Source: Hyphochytrium catenoides
Lineage: Eukaryota; Protista; Hyphochytriomycota
NCBI GenBank assembly: GCA_900088475.1
Contig: FLMG01000265.1
Location: forward strand, 248,001-312,000
Reading direction: 5' to 3'
Length of the DNA stretch: 64,000 bases
The notes under the pieces are model-generated. The model was not told the origin of the DNA. It made no database searches and was given only the letters and a program-made list of their open reading frames with translations. Position numbers and translations under genes: made by a program. Within the stretch, counting starts at the first letter, position 1; the number at the start of each line of letters is the position of its first letter. Below, piece by piece: positions 23,229-40,250 of the stretch.

Positions 23229-26200
23229 GGTTGCAGCGCTCAGCGGTTGGCAGACGGAAGCTACCTAACGCCGCCTGGAAGGCGAAGGACCGCCCAGATG
23301 CAAGAGCACGACACCACTGATCTCTCGAAATGGCCGTGCTGACCGCCAATGCAGGTTCGTCCGTCTCTTCTGTGAGGCAGTCTCATCAGCTGAAAGCCAC
23401 CACCAGACCGCTGCATGGCCAACAACTTCCGCAAACTCCATCTGATAAAGGGCTCTAATAAAGATTAGAAGAACAAAACCCTTGTGTTGGAGAGTGATGT
23501 GAGCGTTGAAGCTTTTGAAAGCGGCTAACGCTAATCCGTATCTTTATACGTACTCGAATCCCTTGCTCGGAGCTCGAACAGACAGTCACCATCATGGACA
23601 ACCTGAGAAGGCTCACAAGGCAGCTCTCAAGGCTGCATTGATCCAGAGCATGGTTATTATCATCTGACTGCTGGCGAGAGGCAGAAGAATAGCTTCAGCC
23701 AGGCACGCAAGGTTTAGAGAAGTTGACGATTACCAGGCTTGTCCGGCTCACCCCGAACCGAAGGCCTAAAAGATGGCGTATAGGGAGTACTCCGCATCCA
23801 TGGTTGGTGGTAACCCCAGCAGCTCTTCTCTAGTACGAACCAGGCCCGTTACTCTGGGAGTACTCCATTTGGTAAGGTCTAGAAGGACCCCTCCTCCGAC
23901 GGCTGCGTGATAGCAGAGATATTGTTGGTGCGATGATTGGCACTGACATGATGAAAGCGACGAGGCGTCGCAGGAGCTGCTTGCTCATCAAGTAACATGT
24001 CGCCGCCTCTGCCCCAGTAGTCATCATCACTCGTTATGTACCATACCAACATCAGCGATGATTTCCATCCTCTCTTGGTGGAGCTTGATTATACCAGTGG
24101 TGCTCTGGGGCTGGTGGATGACTTTACTATTCTCGTCTTCTTTATAATTGAGTCAAGTCATTAGAGGTAATAAACTCCTTGATCGAGGGCAACGAAGAAC
24201 GGTACATCTAGGCATCCAAGGCAATCCACCATCGTCTTCTAGCTTGTGCTAGTTAGAAAGCAGCGTATCGCAGTCGTTATACCTTAATGACTGTTAACTG
24301 CAACCCATAGGGGATGCTGATTATCGGTATAAGCATAGGACACCTGTTGCGGCAACGACGGCGCTGCTGGTAGCGGGCTTTCCGATAGTGTTAATGTTTG
24401 CTTATCAATCGCGAAGTCACTGCAAGATAATGCGGAAGCTCAGTTACCTTCGAAGTACCTACAATAAGAGGCTTTAATTGCTTCTGGGGCGGCATTGAAT
24501 CCTCCGTCTTGGAAGGCGGGGTAACAAGGATATGCCAGCGCGCACTTCACCTCCGTCCTGCGGCACAATCCTTGCCCATGCTTCGTCATTCCAGGACAGA
24601 GGAGTCGCATCTCGTCGTACGCCGCACTGATAAGGAGCAGTGTTCCTCCATCCTTGTAGCTATACTCACTATTAGAGGTCAGAAGGACAATACTAGGCAG
24701 TACTGATGGATAACACCAGCCGATGGCTTGGTTGTTCATGCAGCCCTCTTCCTTCCTTTTGGTACCGCCGAAAGATGAGGCTTGCAGGTAAAGGTAGGCC
24801 CATCTTTACTCATTAATGAGCCACAGCTCACTAATGGTCACTTTGCTGACCTCATTGTGAGCGTGAGCGTGACAACGCCTTCCTCTTTCATACGAGCAAC
24901 GGGCCTCAGCTCTTAGAATATGGACCTTGTTCTGAGTATTTTCCGTCCTCTGCGGGTGCCGCACCCCAGAGTTATTACCAGCAACCTGACTGCGCTTCTT
25001 CGCATGCCTCGGGAAGGGGTGATCTGAAAGTTTGGTAGGTGTCTGGCTTCTTCCTTCTCCATCCTCCTGTTTTCTAGGTTTCGTTGCGAAGAAGGTGTGC
25101 ATAATAATGGCTTGGACACGAGAACGCTCTATGTGATATGATCTAGAAGTTGGGTGCCTAGATTTGCGTGTTCTCCGCCGATGGAGACAGACAACTCTTC
25201 CGCACATGACGACCATGGACTCTGAAATGACTCTCCCTCCCCTTGCATTGAACTTTTGCTAAACGCAACGACCGGCCAACCTGACTTGCCTCAGTTTGGG
25301 TCCTTTCCTTCCTTCATTTCGTCTTCGTTACCAACTTGCCAATGGCAATACGAGCAATCTTTCCCAAGGCCTCTAGATGAAATGGCTCCTTGCGATCCAC
25401 AGTTTCCTTAGCTTTTCTTTTACTAGATATGGCGTGGACTCCAATGACATAATGCTGAACCTCACTCTTTCATATAGACGTTGGAAGGACCCGCCAATGA
25501 TCCTGGCGACACAGGCAAGAGGGCCCAGATCTGATGGGCCAATCGTTAAGAGAGAGCTTACAGAGCATGACGCCAGCCGCGTTGACCTTGGACGCGTCTA
25601 CAGCTAAGCAGAGAGCTTAGTACCATGAAACCTGTGCTAGAGTCGGGGGCTTCAGGTCTTTATCACCGGTCAAAAAATAGTCTCAACCAGGTGGAGCTCT
25701 GCCCATCATCCTCTCTATTATTCGGTCACTCCTAGAACTAATCTGCAACTCTGGACCGTGCTCGGCAACTCAGAAGAAAGACACCAAGTAACGAAAAAAT
25801 ATCCGTCATAGAGTCGCTAACGGCCGGTAGCGTTACCCCTAATAACCGTGCCTCTCTTCTCTTCTCTCCCCCCATGGCTTCTCTGTGTTTGTACCGTCGG
25901 AAAGCGTCTTTCCGTTTTTGTGAAGTTGGGGATGTGGGTTGATAACTGGAGTTGTACTGAAAGAGAGATTATGTACCAGTAAGAGCAGGTGGGAGAGAGG
26001 CCGCGCCGATACTGTAGACAGACAGAGACACAGGGACGGTACAGCAGTAGATCTATAACAATGCGGAGAGAGGAGTGAAGCAAGAGGAAGAGAAACGCGG
26101 AGAGCTGTACAAGAGGAGGAGCAGGAGGAGCCGGTGCCGCCAGCGGATGAAGGACAGGGACACCCCCATTATCATAGTGCCAAACGATAAGGGACGAGCT

Positions 26201-26349
26201 ATCAGACAACTGTTTTCTCCTGTGGCTTTGTCAGGTTCTGACGTGGTAGATCGCTGACCGCAGCTAAATCTCCGAAAGACAGCCAACGACGAAAAGCTGT
26301 GAAAGGCTACGATCGCCTGGACAGAAAAGAGAGAGCAGGCGATTCAGTT

Positions 26350-28379
26350 ATGATTGGTCTGCGGCATAAGCTCCGCAAGCCCCGGCTAATCCTTTTTCTA
26401 TCACTTTCATGCGGTACCCTTCTTTACTCTGTTTTTAACAGCCGCATACAGAGCAACGGCTCTGAAACATCGGGTGAGCGGGTTATCTTTTTATTCACAA
26501 GTTCTACTAAGTGAGCTAAAGCAGTGTTGTCATAGGGCTTGCGCACGAACATGAATCCAGTCTTGGTCTTCGGCAACGGCTACGATCCCTTTCTCCGGAA
26601 GCACAGGACGCGCTGCAGCATGTAGAACCTTTGGCATTCAGCCCTGTCAAGAGGAACCCCGACGATCCATGCTATGGAAAGAAAGATTGGACTTTCGCCT
26701 GTGAACCAGATCTGTTTCTGAGCTGTATAGCGGCTATTGTGTGTCTGATTCTGACGGCGGGAATGATGGCTGGACTAACTATGGGCCTGCTCTCCCTTGA
26801 CACGCTCAACTTATCGATTTTGAAGCTCGAGGGTGAACAGAAAGAGAAGGAGGCAGCGGAGAAAGTTCTTCCAATAATCGCTAACCACCATCTACTTCTG
26901 GTCACGCTTCTTCTATGGAACTCCTTTGCCAACGAAGCGCTTCCTATTTTCCTCGACAAAGTGACGGACGAATACTCAGCCATTCTGATCTCCATGACTT
27001 GCGTCCTCTTCTTTGGCGAGATTATCCCTGCAGCCTTCTTCACTGGACCCCGCCAGCTCTTCGTTGCTGCTAAGCTTTGCCCGCTGGTGCAGATTCTGCT
27101 TTTTCTCACCTTTCCAGTCGCTTATCCCATTGGAAAGGCCCTAGATCTCGTCTTAGGGCACTCCCAGGATATGACACGGTACAAGCGGAACGAGTTGAAA
27201 GCGCTCGTCGCCATGCAGAAGGAGAGAATGGATGGTATGGAGCAGATGCTCTCTCGCGCAGCTGACCATAGCCACTATGGTGGGTCTCCTCGCAGGCGGC
27301 ACTCATCGTCTTCTCTGGAAGAGAGCACTCTAAATGTGGACGAAGTGACGATCATTCACGGAGCATTGGATATGGCTCACAAGACGGTACGCGATGCCAT
27401 GGTGCCTTGGAAGGAAGTCTTCACTCTGGATGCGAACTTGGTGCTCGACGACGACTTAATGGCAAAAATAATGTCTACTGGCCACAGTCGTATCCCTATT
27501 TACATGGCAGATACCATGAATATTAGGGGCCTCCTCTTGGTCAAAAAACTCATCGTGGTTGACCCTGACGATAAGAGAAAAATAGGCGATCTTGCCCTCC
27601 GCAGGCCCATTCTCACACACCCGAAGGCAGGCTTGTATACTCTACTTAATCGCTTTCAGACAGGGAAAAGCCACATGGCATTAGTGACCGAGAATGTGGA
27701 CTACGTGAAGCGATGTTGGGCGGAGAGAAGGCCGATTGACCCAGAGAAGGTGACATTCGAAGGTATCATCACTATTGAAGACGTGATTGAGGAGCTAATC
27801 CAGGAAGAGATTGAAGACGAATCTGATCTCACTCAAGACATCTGTGAAGAGTTGACCAGTCACAAAGTGTCGCCTGAGGCAACCATGAAAGTCGTTCTGA
27901 TAGCTGTGGAAAAGTTCAAAGCTTTATTGAGGCGGGCTAAGAGGAGAAAGGAGGAAGTTGACCGGTTGGTAGAGAGTGTAGAGATGGAGATCAGACAGAA
28001 CGAGTCCGCCAATCATCGGGGTAGGTCAGATGGACAAGGGTATGTTCGAGAGATTATCGATGAAAGACCGCCCCCAGCTCCTAGGAGGCGCTCTCGGCAG
28101 ACCTCACCGACGAACCGTGAGAGGTTGCACAGTAGAGAGCGGAAGCCATCGAGGAATAGTACTACGGAGTCCGAATACGCCAGGAAGTCGAGCTGGACTT
28201 TGACAGGCGGAGCCACAGCCACTGCCGTGGCGATGAGTTTTGGCATGTCCCCTGCCAAGCGCTATCAAATGCTTGGAGGTGGCTTGCAAACGGCCGGAGG
28301 ATCTGACGGTTATGGGCAGAAGGACAACCTGACCAATGGAATGACAGGAGAGAACTCCCCCTTGCTGCGCAAGCATTAG
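26350..28379 (+). CDS. CNNM/DUF21 plus tandem CBS domain metal (Mg2+) transporter, Mam3-like
   Basis: Exon 26350-26473, a 62-nt GT-AG intron, then exon 26536-28379. Motifs: AGMMAGLTMGLLSLD, HHLLLVTLLLWN..ANEALPIFLD, FGEIIP, GHSRIPIY, FQTGKSHMALV, GIITIEDVIEELIQEEIEDESD. Confidence 0.93.
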
Positions 28380-28784
28380 TGACTGCCTCTGTTTGATTCC
28401 TTCTTTCCTCTATCGTAAGCTGCAACGCACGTCCATTAGTTCCTGTCTTATGGCTTAAATCGCTCACTTCTTGTGACATGCCTCCTATTTTCTTTACCCT
28501 TCTTTCTGCAATACAATCAGTACTTACTTGGCTAGGTTGGCATATTATGTATGCTCCTATAAGCAAGCAGGGCTTCAATTTTCCATGGCACCGGTCATAC
28601 GACTAATATTAAGGTTCACTTAGCTGTCACTTTTACTGAGCCCGAATCTCACAACGGCTTCTCCCCCGACAACCTGCCAGCTCCCTCTACGCTTTGTCAG
28701 TTCCTTACACCACCATCATAGACGGGCTAGTTCCCGATCAACGCCTTTCTAGCTTCGCGACTTGTGTTTATCAATTTCTAACAA

Positions 28785-29904
28785 TCACCGCTTAGGCGAC
28801 ATTGCCGGCAGAGCGGACTTGCTGTTCACTAGCTTGCCTTTCTTCTGTAGAATGCCCAAATGCCCCGTTGTGAGGCGAAGAAGCTCCTTCTTCAATTTCT
28901 GAACTTCAAGCTCTGAATCAGCGATGGGCTTTAAGCCTGCCCTACGTCTGAACTCATCCTTCGTAATGCCATAGCGGGCGGAGATGCCGGTTGCATCGCC
29001 ATCCGTGGTTGCCCATAGAACTATAGCTTCTATGGCGCTCTCAAAAACCTTGGTTGTGAAGCTTATTGCGACTCTGTTTATGTCCACTCTGGCTCTCTTC
29101 CTGTACCTGAATTTGCGGATTTCGCCCTGTCTTGCCACATAGTTGCTTAAGCCTTCAGGGTCTACGCACCAGTGATCAGGGACAGGAGCTGGCCGCACGC
29201 AAATAGACTCGTAATGTTTTCTCTGCCTTATTTTGAATAGCTCATACTCAGTGGCCTGCCAGCTGAGCTGCAAGTCATGCCGGTTATAATGAACCAGGTC
29301 CGGCACAACGGATGATCTGTTCTTGAAAGCTTTATGGGGAGGAGATGGAGACAGCTGTGGACTGGACGAAGACGCAGAAGTGGGCAGGCAAGCGGAGGTA
29401 GGAGGTGGATCCGATAAAGGAACAGATGATGAATGTAGAGAGGATTTGGGCGATGAGGCTGTTTGGACGACAGTAGAGCCGCGGGGGCTCTTCAGGATTC
29501 TGAACTCTGCAAGCTGGGCCTTTTCTAGTATCGAGAGAGTGTGGATGAAGGCCTTCAAATTGGGTCTGCTCTCTGTCAGTTCACTCTGCTGAATGGCCTT
29601 GATAAGTTTACCGCGCCGAACCTTCCCACTGCTCCATTCCAAAGTCAAAGTTAGTAGGAGGCACCATGAGTGAAAGGAAGCCAGAGAGCAATGTCGAAGC
29701 ATCAAGGCAGAGAGAGAGAGCTACCCAAAGGTGCAGCGGAATGATGGGAAAAGGAAGGCCTTACCCCGATGGTGCAAGGCGCTTGAATAGTCCGTGAAGG
29801 AACTTGTGATCCTCCTCCAAGTCCTTGTCAAGCCTTTCATCGAATTGCTCAGGTGTCAGCCTTTGGCCAAAGTTTGATGGATACTCTTCAGGTTCCTCCT
29901 TCAT
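28785..29904 (-). CDS. Hypothetical protein, possibly with degenerate EF-hand-like motifs; may extend further 5' (about 30.2-30.8 kb)
   Basis: A long open exon ends in TGA at 28785. An upstream exon MKEEPEEY...LFKRLAPSG ends at a gtaagg donor near 29764. No family recognised. Confidence 0.6.
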
Positions 29905-31290
29905 CCCTGGATCTATCTTCGCTATATGCGACAATGTAAGGCGCGAGCCATGGCCAAGAGAGAGCGTATGGTAGGCTGCTTATTCTCTTCCAAGACGGCG
30001 GCTGGCGCCAGAGCTAGACATCCACCAGGTTGTTGTTCTGTCTTCTTCTCGGCTCCCAGTTGAGTGCTAGCTGACCGACTGACAATAATGTCAGCAGAAT
30101 CAGTGTGCGCCAGTCGCCGTGGCTCATACTAAAGATCGTTCTCATAAGCTCGTGGGCAACAACCTTTGGCAATGATGCACCTTCTATCAGCTTCCCATGC
30201 CGCCCTCGCTTGCTCTAAGGTGGGTACTTCGCACTTTCCAGCTACTTTGCCCGCGGCTGATGAAGAAGAAGAAGAGATGCCTGGCGCCGATGGTTAGAAG
30301 AGAGGCCGAGACAGAGATGGCAGTGACCTCAACCTGTGGATGATGATGATGATGCTGTGGTGGGGCGTTACATCCTCCACCACCGCTGCTGCTGTGCGGT
30401 GTCGACGTATTTCTCACAGCAGCGCCACACTGGGCCTTTATGTATGGGGACTGATCCCGTTCTGACGTTGAGCTAATTGCCATGAGCGTTAGCGGCTATA
30501 AGGCTTGGAACCACACAATCGTACAAAGAGAAGACTGATGTCTGGAAGATCTTTGCCGAGTGCTGCGATGAGAGACCAGTCCATCTTTTTCTTCTGCAGG
30601 CAGAAGTGACAGGGCTCGAGAGGATTCGAGGTGAGGGGCAGGACCTATGAGGACCTCAGAAGGCCGCTTCGAGGTGGAAGGAGAAGCTGGGGGCTTGACT
30701 CTCTCCTCCTTCCATTGCTGACGAGACAACGCCGAACGTACCCCATGATCTGAGGTTGTGCAGTCCACCTCTTCCTGTCTCGACCTGCCATACCTGTCGT
30801 TCTTACATTTCTTCTTCGTTTCTACTACACCCTTCCGTTTCTGTCATCGATAATGATTAGATTGTCCAAGTCGTACGCGGTTCGTGTTTGCTCGAGCAGC
30901 AGTGACGAACGACTACACTTGATATGAATCGATAGACAGAAGAGTTCTAGCATCCTCCAAGCCTCCTTTAACCTAGCGCTCCGAGTTTAATATGGGAGAA
31001 GGGCTGTAGGAGTAGCGACAATAAGTTTGGGAGATGGAGGAGCTTGAAGGACAGGCAGGCAGGCAGCCTTCGCTGATTTGATGCGATGGCGGACAAGGAG
31101 AAGCCAGATATAAACCTGCTGTCCAGCGAATCATCGCTGAACTGAACAAAAGAACCCCGAGTTAGGGAGCAATGAAACCCTTGCGCTGTTAGGAGAGGAG
31201 CTTCCTCAAGTTCACGCAGCAAAAGCTCGCCTAACAAATTCTGAAAGTATGTGTTCGGTCTTTAATATAGCGCTCTGATGCCTACAGCTG

Positions 31291-32103
31291 TTACGAGGAG
31301 GTGCCCTCTTTTACCGTCGGAGTGGTAGACGAGGGAGCAGTCGGCTTTAGATTGCCCAGAGGTATGTACTTGTACTCGAACTTAGCAACCCAGTCGTCTA
31401 GGGCATCCTTCTCGAAGATAGTTAGATCTGCTATGCTGGTGTTCTCCAAATCCTCCTCTGCGAAGCTCATCTTCGCCAAGGCGCGTGAGGCGTCACGCCC
31501 AGCGAACATCTCATAAGAACCCCCCGGTCCGTAAAATGAGCGGCCGCTGGAGACATCATAGATCTTGCCTTTCACGGAGATGAAGACGGGTTTGCCGTCC
31601 TTGCCGTCATAGTTCCGCAACTCTTCTATTGTATAGTCCCGTGCCGCCACGAAGTTGCCGACCACTGGATACTTCAGGTTGAACTTCTCTACCCATTCAT
31701 CCAGAGTTTTCTGCTGGTCTGCTGTTAAATCGCTGAGGTCCAAGTTGTCAATATCTTTAGGGTCAAACGACATCTTTGCCAGCGCACGGGAAGCATTCTT
31801 CCCCGCAAACATGTGATAACCACCACCTCGACCATAGAAGTCCTTGCCAGCGGTAACATCGTAGACTTTATCCTTGAGAGCTATATAAGGAGGCCGGGTA
31901 CCATCACCTTTGAACGGCGTCAGAAGTTCTAGAGTGAAACTTCGGAAGGATGGGTCTGACTGAGGTCCCCTGTCGGTCTTTCCAGAAGACATTTCGGCCG
32001 TGTTACGCTTCAGGTAGATGCTGGTTAGCGCAAATACAATAGCTGCGGCGACGGATGCAATGATTAGCTCTGTAGACGTATAGCCCAGCAATGTCGCTGT
32101 CAT
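31291..32103 (-). CDS. Membrane-associated progesterone receptor (MAPR) family protein with two tandem cytochrome b5-like heme/steroid-binding domains
   Basis: Single exon. An N-terminal TM anchor is followed by two copies of YDV..G..FYG.GG.Y.MFAG..ASRALAKMSF...LD.W..KF..KY...G. Confidence 0.93.
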   Translation of the reverse strand: MTATLLGYTSTELIIASVAAAIVFALTSIYLKRNTAEMSSGKTDRGPQSDPSFRSFTLELLTPFKGDGTRPPYIALKDKVYDVTAGKDFYGRGGGYHMFAGKNASRALAKMSFDPKDIDNLDLSDLTADQQKTLDEWVEKFNLKYPVVGNFVAARDYTIEELRNYDGKDGKPVFISVKGKIYDVSSGRSFYGPGGSYEMFAGRDASRALAKMSFAEEDLENTSIADLTIFEKDALDDWVAKFEYKYIPLGNLKPTAPSSTTPTVKEGTSS

Positions 32104-32934
32104 CTTCGTTAACGAATGAAGCCGCGGCAAATGCGCGTCTTCAGCTGTAGATCTGCCAGTTTCACAATGTGATCCAACAACAATGCCTGTTGATGCTTCA
32201 AGAGGAAACAGGAAGTGCTACCGGTATCAATGTCTTGCTGATGCTTTCGTTTGTCTTAAACTTTACTTTCCTGTCTGTCTATCTGTCTCTATCTCTCCAT
32301 CTGTGCGCCTTCAGGCATGCAGGAAACAACCCCTCCTTGAGATCTTCAGAACTCATTGGAAGGATCAAGAAAGGAGCAGGAGGAGGGCTTGCCTTTTATG
32401 GAGATCTTCAGAATGTCAGAACCTCGCTTCCCAGGCACTGTCAATAGGAAAGCCTGTACGACCCTGTCGTGCTGTAGAAACCCCAGGCTCGAGCTGTATG
32501 GGAATGTGAAAGGGGTACCGCCCCCGCCTAACCCAGGGGGGCTTTCCCTTCAGTAAAAGCTGTGTTTTGGAAGGTGAGTAGCGTCGATACCTCCAATGTA
32601 ACTGGAATAGTCTAGCTGTAATGATAACTACGCGGTTGATTATCAGGGGGTTATGGCATCGATGATCCTCAATATCAAAGAAAACTGCCGAAAGATGGAA
32701 AGATGAAAGGTCATCATCACATCACTTTCTCAGCTCCCTCAGCCTCCTCCGCGACCTCCCCGCCCCAGCCCCTCATCGGCAGACTTCCCAGGCACCGCGC
32801 ATCCTGGCTTTTGTGAGCTTGAAGCCCAGGCAGAGCTGACTAGGAGCTCATTGTTCATTACTCCGAAGATAAGATAGCAATACCGCAGTGTCGTTGGTTT
32901 TCTGACATTGTGCTGTGGAAAGAATCTGGGAAGC

Positions 32935-35505
32935 ATGGAGATGACAAAAGAAGCCCTGAAGAAGTCATGTCGGGAGCACAGCCTCTATACGACGCCCTAT
33001 CTCAATGATAAGCTCTACCTTCACTATAAGGTAGCCCCTCCTCAGTGCTATACTCTGTTTGAGACCCTGCTGGCTTAAGGTCTAATAACTTCTAATCTTC
33101 AGGGGTACCGTCGCATCCAGAACCTGGAGGAGTACACCGGTGTCCGAGTTCTCTGGCTAGAGGGCAACGGCCTAGGAAAGATTGAAGGACTGGAATCCTG
33201 CACGCAGTTACGATCGCTCTATCTGCAGGAGAACATCATAGAGAAGATTGAAAACCTTGATAAGTTGGTACGTCCAGAGATAACGAAGTGCATGGCCGTA
33301 ACGTATCGTCTCTGAAAGGATGAGGGTCAATGTCTATCGATGAAGGGACCTGAGCTGTAACCATTCCCATCGCTGTTTCCTCACGGTATGGCCCTATGAC
33401 CTATGCTTCTTCGTCTACAGACTGTGCTGGACACGCTGAACCTAAACCAGAACTGCATATCAAAGATTGAAAACCTTGGGAAGCTTCCAGCACTAACGGT
33501 GAGCTCTCTTTCTGACTTCTTATATTGGAACCCTCGCTTGTGCGGTCCGTAGGATCCATACTCTTGATTATTCGCCTTCCGTGTCGTTTCTTTACCGGTT
33601 TTATGTCGCTCTTACGACGTCACTTGTAGACTCTGCACCTTAAAGGGAACTATCTAAGCAAGAAAGAGGATTTGATGGGTCTCCTGGAGATTCCGTCTTT
33701 GTCCGTGCTTGACGTACAGAGCAATAGAATAGAAGATGAAGGGATCGTTGACATTCTCATTCGAATGCCCAACCTCTCGGTCTTATATCTTCAGGTCACC
33801 TAGCTTCTTTACCTTTGATGAAAAGTTGCTGCCGCGTTGGCGACTAGTACTTCCTATGATCCCCTCAAGCACTTTGCTAGTCCTTTCTTCTCGGGCGGGG
33901 GCCCCGTCCTCCCGGCGTCTCGGCGTGCCCGTTTGTTGGTTCCTTCAAGTGCGACAGAATTTATCTATCTCCCTTTGAGCTTAATCGTCACCAGTAAGCC
34001 TCTCAGTCAGCCTATCTTTCAAGAGATCCCAATCCCTTTGCACCTCGGTTGCACGGTCATCGTCTTGCCAAATCACGTTTCCCTGACTCCCTCGCGGCCT
34101 ATGTTGTCCTCTCTTTACATTAAAGGGGAACCCTGTCTTAAAAAAGATCAAGCACTATAGAAAAATGGTCATCTACAAGTGCAAAAAGCTCCAGTACCTG
34201 GACGACAGACCCGTTTTTCCGGAAGAGAGGCTCCGCGTAGAGGTAACGAGAGTATTTGGCACCAATTGTCCAGTAAACCACCGCAGGCACTCATTAGCTC
34301 GGGGGTCCCATCTTTCCATACTCCCAATCTAAACCTTAGGCCTGGGGCAAAGTATACGAAGAGACAGGGGACGTGCAAAAGGCGAATGAGGCAGAGAAGG
34401 AAGAAATTGCCCGCCAAAGGAAGGAAAAGCTGGAAAAAGACGAACGAAACTTCCAGATGTTCAACCAGATGATGAAAGAAGGAATGGCGTACCGAGCGCA
34501 GCAAGAGAGGCTTTCTAACAATGCAGAAGAGGGGCCTGAGGTAAAGCCCTTTTTTACCTCTACTTTCTATACTCTGTGGAGGATATGTGCCACCTGCTTC
34601 CTTCACTCTCTATCCGGGGCCTTGACTCCATTGTGGTTTTAGTCCTTACTATGGGCCAAACATTCGCTTACTCCAGCTATCAGCTAGCAGATAGATTGGG
34701 CTCATTCTCTGGCTTTCAAATGACATTGTCTGTACCTGAGTGATTTCAACTCTTTGCAGATCAGTCCCTATTCTGGAGAGCCAATCGTAGCCGCTCAAGA
34801 TTCTGCTCTGGTCACAAAGGCGAGAGAGGAGAGATGGGCGAGAATTGTAGGAGAGGCCGTGGACCCCGCGAAGTCAGAAGAGCCAGAAGCTAATGGAAAG
34901 CAAGAAGTCGCTCCCGATCACTCTCTGGAGACGCTGACGCTGGTGAGCATGACTCCGTTGCTGTTGATTCCATCTAAATTAAAAGCACTTGTTGGCATTG
35001 TCCATGTCTTATCTCTTATAATGTGGTGCCCCAAGCTCGGCCACTCATAGACTACACTCTGCTATCTTGTACCTTCACTATCGCTTATAAGCTTGCTTCT
35101 CTTCGTTGATCGCTCTTTATACCCTAACCTCTCGTCAATTATTCCGGCGAAGGTCTCGAAGGTTGGAACAGGGGATATCGTGTCAGATGGGAGTAGGCCG
35201 GACGCTGATGTGCAGAGTTTGGCACAGAAGCTGAAGGCTGCCAAGCTAAAGTATGAAAGTCTTCCAGACACACAGGTCAGCGTGAACCAATAAAGGAAGT
35301 CAGAACAAGAAAGAGAAAGGAAAAGTGATAGGATGACTTATTTTCTGTACCTTAGGAGCAAGGTACTGGCACATTCCACCGTCTAATGAAAGAGGTCAGA
35401 ACGGAAGGCCACCCTGAGGCCACTGCTATTGCTAGTGAAACCGAGACAAATCAGGCAGTCCTAGAGGGCCGGGCTGCAGTGACAGCTGTCGATGACATGG
35501 ATTAA
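32935..35505 (+). CDS. DNAAF1: Dynein axonemal assembly factor 1 (LRRC50/ODA7)
   Basis: [55 protein letters not shown], then SDS22-like LRRs, the LRR cap GNPV..IKHYRK...[15 protein letters not shown] and a coiled coil. About nine exons with GT-AG introns. Confidence 0.9.
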
Positions 35506-35948
35506 CGTGGACGGATACGGAGGACAAGGGCTTGGAGAGCCCTTTTCTTCAGTTCCGCCAAAACGCCTAAGTGGACTTACCCTCGGCAACACAGAGGGAT
35601 GACTCTGACTAGGTTTAGGAGGGTAATTTAAGTCGTCGAAATACACTCCGCTTGTACGTAGAATGGCAGAAGCCAGAAACTAGGAGGAAGAGAGTGAAAG
35701 GTCAGCCTATTAGATTTCTAGTGACGCCATCCTAGCAACCTCTACTTATATGCGGCACTGAAGGCCAATGCCCAAGGCAGACTGGCGGCCGTGATCATGA
35801 TTAATAACCACGTGAATAGTGTAAAAGACAATAAATGATATTGCATGAGGTGCGTGTGCTCTGAGTATAGTAAGTACAAGTTTAGTGCTGTGTGCGCTTT
35901 CTCTTCTTTATCAGACTGTTCTTCTATGCCTGGTGCTTCGCCTGCCAT

Positions 35949-40250
<4,302 letters not shown>

